DNA from: a virus
Virus record (IMG/VR): IMGVR_UViG_3300045971_001064
Coordinates: 75,256-98,738 of that record
Reading direction: 5' to 3' (one strand)
DNA: 23,483 nt
Positions within the stretch are counted from its first letter, which is position 1, and every line of letters begins with the position of its first letter. Positions 16,205 through 22,843 of the stretch are shown here, in pieces. Below the pieces are notes generated by a model. The model was given only the letters and a program-made list of their open reading frames with translations. It had not been told where the DNA came from and ran no database searches. A program made the translations under genes and the position numbers.

Positions 16205-17515
16205 GTGGCCCGAGAAAAGACTTGGAAGTTCGACATGAACCGGGCGTACACCCCGTCCACGCTGCTGGACATGTCGAAGTACATCCTCTGGTACTACAAG
16301 GCCTTCCTGACGGGGCAGATTGGCGTTGGGTTCACGGTGCTCGCAACCACCATCACGGCCGCAACTCCGAGCGCCGCGGGTGGCACCTTGGCGGACGGCA
16401 CCTACTACTACCAAGTCACCGCTCTGAACGGCGGCAACGAGAGCGCGCCATCCAACGAGGTCTTCGCGACCGTTACCGGTGGTGGTAGCGGGTCTGTCGC
16501 CCTCACTTGGACAGCGGTGTCCGGCGCGACTGGCTACCGCGTCTACCGCGGGACAGCCGCGGGCGTCGAGAGCGTCTTCTACGCCCCGGGCGCTGTGACG
16601 ACCTACACCGACATCAACGCAGCCTCGTCGGTCGGCTCTCCTCCGGCGACGGGCACTTGGGTTGTCGTCGGCTCCAGCGACGCATCCACTGCCGGTATGG
16701 ACGGGCTCGACCGATGGACGAACTCTTACGTCGCGGGCAAGGTCAACCGTAACAACGCAGGCTCCGCCCACTCTTGGGTGGTGCTGCGCTGCACCGTGCA
16801 GATGGCGTCCAAGCAGTTCTACCTGCTGCTCGACTGGAGCACCAGCTTCGACCATGCGCTCACCACGACCTTCGGAGACACCACACCTCCGGTCGGCGGT
16901 AACATCAACACCGCACCCACTCTCGCAAACCTCGCAGCCTGCACGTCCTTGCCCTTCAGCGCAAACGCTGGGCTGGTGCCGATGCACCTGCACGGTGCGC
17001 TGGCCACTGACGGCAGCTTCAACTTACTGGTGTCGAGCGACTTCACCATGAAGTTCCGGTCAGGCTTTTTGCTGCACCTGCTGGCCGCCTACAAGGTGAC
17101 GGACTTGTATCCCGTGTGGATGTCGCTCGCTGGAGAGATAGGCGCTCAGCAGATGGGGCTTGGGTACGGCACCTCGGGGGCAGCGCCGGACCTCGGCTAT
17201 ATCTCCAACTCGGCCATGCGATACCCCGACAACACCAACAGCGGCCAAGTCGGAATCATCCAGCCCACCGGAACCAATCTGCCTTCCGCCCCGGACCTGT
17301 TTGACGGCACCTTCGCCGACTGGCCTGCGCTTGTCGGCAACAAGGTTGTGGGCAACACAACCCTGCGCGGGCGCTTGCAGGACATCTACTACTTCCCGAA
17401 CTCGACCGGCACTGCCGTGCCGTCGACCGGCGCCGTCGATAACCCGGCAGCGCCGGAGTACATGCTCGTCGGACAGTGGTGGCTCCCCACCAACGCCATC
17501 CCTAACATCTACTAA
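16205..17515 (+). CDS. Paralog 4; putative virion appendage protein with an Fn3-like insert, 436 aa, GTG start
   Basis: Same conserved blocks. The Fn3-like module is very similar to that of paralog 2. SD AGGAG overlaps the upstream TAG. Confidence 0.6.
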   Translation: MAREKTWKFDMNRAYTPSTLLDMSKYILWYYKAFLTGQIGVGFTVLATTITAATPSAAGGTLADGTYYYQVTALNGGNESAPSNEVFATVTGGGSGSVALTWTAVSGATGYRVYRGTAAGVESVFYAPGAVTTYTDINAASSVGSPPATGTWVVVGSSDASTAGMDGLDRWTNSYVAGKVNRNNAGSAHSWVVLRCTVQMASKQFYLLLDWSTSFDHALTTTFGDTTPPVGGNINTAPTLANLAACTSLPFSANAGLVPMHLHGALATDGSFNLLVSSDFTMKFRSGFLLHLLAAYKVTDLYPVWMSLAGEIGAQQMGLGYGTSGAAPDLGYISNSAMRYPDNTNSGQVGIIQPTGTNLPSAPDLFDGTFADWPALVGNKVVGNTTLRGRLQDIYYFPNSTGTAVPSTGAVDNPAAPEYMLVGQWWLPTNAIPNIY

Positions 17516-17523
17516 GGCAGCCC

Positions 17524-18117
17524 GTGGCCTTCTCATTCCCAAACGCGCAGTGGAGTCCGGCGACCACGTACGCCATCAACTCCTTGGCCAACTACAGGGG
17601 GCTGGACTACATCTCCCTCCAGAACGCGAACATCAACCACGACCCGGTCACTGGCCTCGCCGTGTGGTGGAGCCTGTACACCGACTGGGCTGCCGGAACG
17701 ACCTACGCTGCGGGCGGGACGGCCAACTCTGTCACCTATCTGGGCATCGGCTACACATCGCTGGCGGCTGGCAACCTGAACCACATCCCGTCGACCGTGG
17801 GTACATGGTGGGTGCGGCGCGCTGTGAAAAGCAACTTCACGCCACCGCCGACAGCCTTCGACCGCATCGTGTTCGTACCGACGGGCCTCATCACGCCACC
17901 CATCACGCGACTCGGCATCTCGCCTCTCATCGTGCACGCCACCGGCCATGTCGACGCGATGTCCTTCCGGCTTCCGCTGGCGTCACCTCCACAAAGCCCG
18001 GGCCCATCTAGCGTGTGGATTGGTCGCACCGTGTTTCGGGTGCCTCGGACCCTCTGGTTCTCGGGCCTCGGCCAGCGCGCCAACAAGACGCCGACTTCGC
18101 ACAACTCAGGAGACTAG
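17524..18117 (+). CDS. Protein with two CBM5/12-like (chitin-binding-type) carbohydrate-binding repeats and a Pro-rich tail, 197 aa, GTG start
   Basis: WSPATTYAINSLANYRGLDYISLQNANINHDP...WW and WAAGTTYAAGG...VTYLGIGYTSLAAGNLNHIP...WW match the W-x4-Y...V-x-Y-x-G-x-x-Y...P...W pattern. Confidence 0.65.
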   Translation: MAFSFPNAQWSPATTYAINSLANYRGLDYISLQNANINHDPVTGLAVWWSLYTDWAAGTTYAAGGTANSVTYLGIGYTSLAAGNLNHIPSTVGTWWVRRAVKSNFTPPPTAFDRIVFVPTGLITPPITRLGISPLIVHATGHVDAMSFRLPLASPPQSPGPSSVWIGRTVFRVPRTLWFSGLGQRANKTPTSHNSGD

Positions 18118-18120
18118 GAC

Positions 18121-19056
18121 ATGGAACTCAAGCAAAGCGTCGGCATCAGCGTTCCTGTCCGCCTGCGTGCGGTCGTCGACGGCTCTCCGCTCGCTGCCGT
18201 GACCTACCAGCAGGCGACGGTCTACCTCCAGAAGCACGGCGGCGCGGCTGTCCAGAAGGTGCTCGGGCCCGCCGACTGGGTAGAGGTCGACGGCGTCAAC
18301 ATGCCGGGTGAGTACGACCTCGTTCTCCAGAACACCGACGTCGACACCCTCGGCTTCTTGAAGTACTCGGTGACCTACATCGGCATCTCGACCTACTACT
18401 TCGGCTTGATGCAGGTGGTGTCCAACTTGGAGGCGGACACCTTCGGGCGCCTCGGAGCCCCGGCTGGCGCCAGCGTCTCGGCCGACATCGCCGCCATCGA
18501 AGCTCACGCGGTAGCCATTGACGCCAAGACGACCAACCTCCCGGCCGTCCCTGCCTCGCAGGGCGACGTGACCAGCAGCACCGCGACACTGGCTGCCGAC
18601 CTCGCCGCAGCGGTCACCTCCATCAAGGGCGCGGGCAACAAGGACATCACGCAGGTCGACACCGCCGTCGCGGCGGTCAAGGTCGACACGGCTGCCATCG
18701 CGCTCAAGACCACCAACCTCCCTGCCGTCCCCGCCGCTCAGGGTGACGTGACAGCGGCCGTCACCTCCATCAAGGGCGCGGGCAACAAGGACATCACGCA
18801 GGTCGACACGGCCGTCGCGGCTGTCGGCGTGAACGTGGTCGAGCTTCTCGGCCTCCTCCACAAGAACGCGGTGCTCGACGGCCAGACGTACAACGCGGGC
18901 GGCAGGCTCACGGGAGGCACGCTCTACGTGTACGACACCGCGGCGCACGCCTCGCTCAACGACCACGTGACCGGCCTGCTTCACTCGTACACCATCTTCG
19001 CCACCTACGACCTCGCCGACCACCAGACCCTCTACCGTCTCACGCTCCTGAGCTAG
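18121..19056 (+). CDS. Putative virion structural protein with an internal coiled-coil-like repeat, 311 aa
   Basis: Beta-rich N-domain (WVEVDGVNMPGEYDLVL..TDVDTLG), a duplicated Ala/Thr/Asp-rich segment, and a small C-domain. Confidence 0.55.
   Translation: MELKQSVGISVPVRLRAVVDGSPLAAVTYQQATVYLQKHGGAAVQKVLGPADWVEVDGVNMPGEYDLVLQNTDVDTLGFLKYSVTYIGISTYYFGLMQVVSNLEADTFGRLGAPAGASVSADIAAIEAHAVAIDAKTTNLPAVPASQGDVTSSTATLAADLAAAVTSIKGAGNKDITQVDTAVAAVKVDTAAIALKTTNLPAVPAAQGDVTAAVTSIKGAGNKDITQVDTAVAAVGVNVVELLGLLHKNAVLDGQTYNAGGRLTGGTLYVYDTAAHASLNDHVTGLLHSYTIFATYDLADHQTLYRLTLLS
18526..18821 (+). repeat. Intragenic duplication (KTTNLPAVPAxQGDVT...AAVTSIKGAGNKDITQVDTAVAAV, two copies)
   Basis: Units start at 18526 and 18706. 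A 50-bp exact match lies at 18613-18662 / 18760-18809. Copy 1 has an extra 33 nt. Confidence 0.9.
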
Positions 19057-19058
19057 CC

Positions 19059-19673
19059 ATGAGCCTCGGCATCGCCACACGCGGGTACGCCTCCGACCAG
19101 ACTGGCGGCGGTGGGGCCGCTGGGCCTGTCGCCTCCATCTTGGGCGTGGGCATCAACTACATCGACGTCGCGTGGACCATGGCCGCGACGCTCACTGTCG
19201 TAGGGGTCGTGCCGTCCAACTGGGTCGTCACTCCCGTCATCGGGCGGGCTGTGACGGTGCTGTCGGTCACCCAGTTGAACCCGACCACCACACGGCTCAC
19301 GACCTCCGACCAGACCTCGGGTGGCTCCTACTTCCTCGCCGTGCCCGCCGCGGCCGTCATCGACACCGGCCTCGTCGGCAACCCGAACGCCTTCACCTCA
19401 CTCAGCTTCATCGGCGTAGGGCACCTGCCGTCGCTGGTCTCGGCCAACCCTCTCACCCCGAACACGGTGGAGGCGACGTTCTCCGAGGCTGTGGTCGCCG
19501 TCGAGGCCTTGGCCTTCTCGAACTACTCCTTCGACAACGGACTGTCGGCGGTGAGCGTGGCTCAGGTCTCGTCGACCATCTTCATCGTGACGACGAGCGA
19601 GATGACTCCAGCCACAATCTACACCCTGACCGTCTCAGGCATCCACGACCTCGCAGGCAACCCGGTCACCTAG
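19059..19673 (+). CDS. Protein with two Ig-like beta-sandwich domains, 204 aa
   Basis: Two similar units ending ...TRLTTSDQTSGGSYFLAV...VIDTGLVGN and ...IVTTSEMTPATIYTLTVSGIHDLAGNP. The second, with PSLVSA...VEATFSEAV...SNYSF, is typical of bacterial Ig-like domains. Confidence 0.65.
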   Translation: MSLGIATRGYASDQTGGGGAAGPVASILGVGINYIDVAWTMAATLTVVGVVPSNWVVTPVIGRAVTVLSVTQLNPTTTRLTTSDQTSGGSYFLAVPAAAVIDTGLVGNPNAFTSLSFIGVGHLPSLVSANPLTPNTVEATFSEAVVAVEALAFSNYSFDNGLSAVSVAQVSSTIFIVTTSEMTPATIYTLTVSGIHDLAGNPVT

Positions 19674-19676
19674 CCC

Positions 19677-21440
19677 ATGTCCACCTCAGCCATCTTCACA
19701 GGTCTCGGCTTCACGCTCGTCTCCGCTCAGCCGGTGGACGCCTCGACCATCTTGGTGACGTTCGACTACACCCCGCTGCCGGGCGTGGGCGTGTACGGGC
19801 TGCTGTCGAACCACGGCGACGTCCGCACGGTCACCGTCGGCGCTGGGCCCCAGCCGCATCAGGTCTACCTCTACACGAACGCGCCGCTCACGCAGGACTT
19901 CTGGACCCTCAGCTACTCGGGCCAGCAGACCGGCGCTCCGCCCGTCACCATCACCGCTGGCTCGACCTACTTCTGGTGCGGCGTTGGCGCTGCTCCCGTC
20001 GGCGCTTCGTCGCCTCCCTTCTCCGGCGAGAACCAGACCGCGGCCGAGTTCATCCGCGACCACATCCCTTCGAGCATGAAGGGGAACGTCTGGGCCTGCC
20101 TCATCGCCGGTCTCGCGGCCGGTGAGCAGGTGGCTTGGGACAACGCTCCCCTCGTCGACCGCCAGATGTTCTTGGCCACAGCCTCGGGCGTGTGGCTCGA
20201 CCGGCGCGCGGCTGGGCTCGGCTTGGAGCGCCCCGTCAACGTCGGCATGGGCGACGAGCCCTTCCGCGGGTACGCTGTCGCGGTCTCCTCCGGCCAGCAG
20301 ACCATCATCGCCTTCCTCGAAGCTCTCAGGGTCTTCTACGGCCGGACCGCGGTGCAGGCGGCAGCCGTCAGCGGCGACGAGCCCTTCGCTCTGGCGGACG
20401 GCCAGCGGCTGGAGTTCACCCTCGACGGCGTCCAGACGGTCGGGGTCACGTTCGCCACGGCCGACTTCCAGAGCATCGGTGCGGCCACCTCCCGCGAGGT
20501 CGCCAGCGTCCTGAACCGCGAGTTCTCCCTCCAAGGGGTCAGCGCTATCGCCTTGGTGGACGAGAACCCCATCACCAAGGTGCCCCGGGTGACCCTCTAC
20601 ACGGGCACGCTGGGAGCGCGCGGGAGCCTTCAGGTGGCGTCCGGCGCCGTCCAGACGGCACTGGGCCTGCCTACGACCCTCCGACGCCTCTTGGGGCAAG
20701 CTGGAGCGTCCTACGTGCTGTCCCGTGGCGCCGGGCAGGTCGAGGTCTTCTTCCCGGCCACCACGCAGGTCGTCGGCCGCGACCAGACCTCAGCCGCCTA
20801 CCTGACCGACGACTCCGGGCTCATCTACGGCGACGACCTGTACGGGATGGGTGTGTACGGGGTGGGAGGGCCTCCGGCAGGCATCGGGCCGTACCTGTTC
20901 GAGGGGGTCGACAAGGGCTTGGCCATCACCGAGGTCGCCACCGTCACCACTGCGTCGGTCCTCGGTGCCGGGAACCAGTACAGGCTTGTGGAGGTCGGCT
21001 CGACGGCCGGGTTCACCGACGCCGAGTGCTGGCTGGTCTTCGGCTACGGCTACGAGTACCAAACCGGGCCAGTGCGCTGCCTCGGCGTGGCCGGGCCGAC
21101 GACCCTCCTGCTCGACGTGGCCTTCACCTTCCCTGCCGCCATCCCGGTCGGCGCCTCAGTGAACCTCCTCTTGAGCGCCGCTCCGCCCACCTTCGCGGTC
21201 GGTGACATCGGGAACTTCTACCTGACCGACTCGCCCGCTGGCCGCGTGGCTGCTATGGCCGCCATCGACTCCATCGCCGCGGCCGGGTACGCCGTCACGA
21301 AGACCGTCACCTACCCCGGCGACGTCGGGCTGGGGAACGAGGGCCGCCCCACCCACGGCACGCCCGCCATCTCCGACATCGTCCAGTGCTTCGCTGGCTC
21401 CGATGTCGACGGCGAAGTCGCCACCGCGAGGAGCACCTAG
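19677..21440 (+). CDS. Baseplate wedge subunit (P2 gpI / T4 gp7-like) with an N-terminal Ig-like domain and inserted domains, 587 aa
   Basis: QMFLATASGVWLDRRAAGLGLERP...MGDEPFR is the gpI/gp7-type core motif. C-terminal AAIDSIAAAGYAV resembles the 'I.PAG..' motif of this family. Confidence 0.65.
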   Translation: MSTSAIFTGLGFTLVSAQPVDASTILVTFDYTPLPGVGVYGLLSNHGDVRTVTVGAGPQPHQVYLYTNAPLTQDFWTLSYSGQQTGAPPVTITAGSTYFWCGVGAAPVGASSPPFSGENQTAAEFIRDHIPSSMKGNVWACLIAGLAAGEQVAWDNAPLVDRQMFLATASGVWLDRRAAGLGLERPVNVGMGDEPFRGYAVAVSSGQQTIIAFLEALRVFYGRTAVQAAAVSGDEPFALADGQRLEFTLDGVQTVGVTFATADFQSIGAATSREVASVLNREFSLQGVSAIALVDENPITKVPRVTLYTGTLGARGSLQVASGAVQTALGLPTTLRRLLGQAGASYVLSRGAGQVEVFFPATTQVVGRDQTSAAYLTDDSGLIYGDDLYGMGVYGVGGPPAGIGPYLFEGVDKGLAITEVATVTTASVLGAGNQYRLVEVGSTAGFTDAECWLVFGYGYEYQTGPVRCLGVAGPTTLLLDVAFTFPAAIPVGASVNLLLSAAPPTFAVGDIGNFYLTDSPAGRVAAMAAIDSIAAAGYAVTKTVTYPGDVGLGNEGRPTHGTPAISDIVQCFAGSDVDGEVATARST

Positions 21441-21442
21441 CC

Positions 21443-21868
21443 ATGGCCTTCTCCTCCATCATCGCAGCACACCACGTCGTCGTCTACTTCAACGGCGTCA
21501 TGCTCGGCTACATCAACGGCATGCCGCAGTGGAACATCGACACCGAGTTCCGTGAAGCGCGCGAAATCGACACCAACGAGACGGTCGAGTTGATGCCCGG
21601 CCAGTCGCGTGTGAGCGGCACGTTCACCATCCTCCGCGGTCGCGACACTGGCGGCCTCGAAGGCGCTGGCCTCGCTGCCTCGGGCCAGAAGATGCTCAAC
21701 CAGAAGTACGCCACCATCGAGTTGGTCGACCGTCTCACCAACCAGACCATCTTCCGCGCCCTGCGGTGTCAGGTCACTCGCCAGTCGTGGAGCATCCAGC
21801 CGAAGCAGTTGGTCACTGGTACCTTCACGTGGGTCGGCATCAACTACGAAAACGAAAGCAAGAGCTAG
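21443..21868 (+). CDS. Tail-tube-fold protein (tube paralog or initiator), 141 aa
   Basis: VVVYFNGVMLG...REIDTNETVELMPGQSRVSGT...TIELVDRLTNQTIFRALRCQVTRQSWSIQPKQLVTGTFTWVG has the size and strand pattern of gp19/Hcp-fold proteins. ATG 2 nt after the upstream TAG is preferred over the track start. Confidence 0.65.
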   Translation: MAFSSIIAAHHVVVYFNGVMLGYINGMPQWNIDTEFREAREIDTNETVELMPGQSRVSGTFTILRGRDTGGLEGAGLAASGQKMLNQKYATIELVDRLTNQTIFRALRCQVTRQSWSIQPKQLVTGTFTWVGINYENESKS

Positions 21869-21876
21869 GAGAATCA

Positions 21877-22842
21877 ATGCCCACCCCGAACATGAGCCTC
21901 ACTCTCCCCATCCCGAACGTCACGTCGGGCACGTGGGGCACCATCCTCAACACGGCCCTCACGAGCATCGACCTCCACGACCACACGACCGGCAGAGGGG
22001 TGCCTCTCACCAGTGCCAGCATCAACTCCACCGGGGGCTTCACCCTCAACGGGATGCTCGACAGCACCGTCCCCGGCAACTTCCCTGCCATCAATCTCAT
22101 CGGTGGCAACGGCGGCGCGACAAAGGGGGCCCACATCAGGTGGACGACCCCAAGCGCGCCGACCGAAATCATGATGCTGGAGTCGCCGGTCAACGGCCAG
22201 TTGTTCCTCCGCCAGCTTCAGGGTATCGTCGACACTGGCGGCACGATGGGTCTGTCGACCACTGACGGGTCCGTCCGCGCCGTGCTGGACTCGGACCCGG
22301 CAGGAGGGCCCGCTGCGGCCCAACTCATTCTTCGCACCCCCGACGCGGAAGTGCGGCTGCGCTCGTTCGGAGGCGAGGCCGTTCTCGACGGAACGCACAC
22401 CTCCGCAAAGCTGTGGGTTGGGGCATCGTATCTCGCCATCGCCGACGGCTCTCTCAGCTACTTCAACGGGGCCACCACTCAGAGCCTCCTGCTTCCGACC
22501 GACGTGGCCGCCTACGACACGATGTTCTCGTTCGCTGGCGCCCCGACTGCCGACAAGGTGATGGCTCAGGTCATCCTCGTCCGCGCCTCGACGCTGGCCA
22601 TCAACTCGGCTGGCTCGAAGGGCGTCGTCGGCGTGAACCCGACCTCGCCCGCAACCATCCTCGTCAAGAAGAACGGCGCCACGGTCGTCACCATCTCGGT
22701 CACCGTCGGCGGTGTCTTCTCGTTCGCCAACGCGGGTGTCGTGACCTTCGCCGCCGGGGACGTCGTCACCTTGGTAGCTCAGACGGTGCCGGACGCGACG
22801 ATGGCCGACATCTCCATCACCCTCGCTGGCGCCTTGGCGTAA
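21877..22842 (+). CDS. Putative tail fibre / baseplate-attached protein, 321 aa
   Basis: SD AGGAG precedes ATG 21877. The N-terminus TPNMSLTLP...WGTILNTALTSIDLHDHTTGRG resembles fibre attachment segments with an HxH motif. A beta-rich C-domain follows. Confidence 0.55.
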   Translation: MPTPNMSLTLPIPNVTSGTWGTILNTALTSIDLHDHTTGRGVPLTSASINSTGGFTLNGMLDSTVPGNFPAINLIGGNGGATKGAHIRWTTPSAPTEIMMLESPVNGQLFLRQLQGIVDTGGTMGLSTTDGSVRAVLDSDPAGGPAAAQLILRTPDAEVRLRSFGGEAVLDGTHTSAKLWVGASYLAIADGSLSYFNGATTQSLLLPTDVAAYDTMFSFAGAPTADKVMAQVILVRASTLAINSAGSKGVVGVNPTSPATILVKKNGATVVTISVTVGGVFSFANAGVVTFAAGDVVTLVAQTVPDATMADISITLAGALA

Positions 22843-22843
22843 C

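Noticed and set aside
12551-17515. Invertase-driven shufflon
   Set aside because: All repeats found are direct, all genes are complete with their own starts, and no inverted sites or recombinase are visible.
304-21868. TAG reassigned to an amino acid
   Set aside because: Several TAGs are followed by out-of-frame starts of the next gene (2184, 3086, 19056, 21440, 21868). TAG never interrupts a domain, and paralog ends align near TAG and TAA alike.
21386-21876. Longer track starts (21386, 21766; also 2888 and 5855)
   Set aside because: Three overlap upstream genes. The downstream ATGs (21443, 21877, 3089, 5876) have coupling or SD support.
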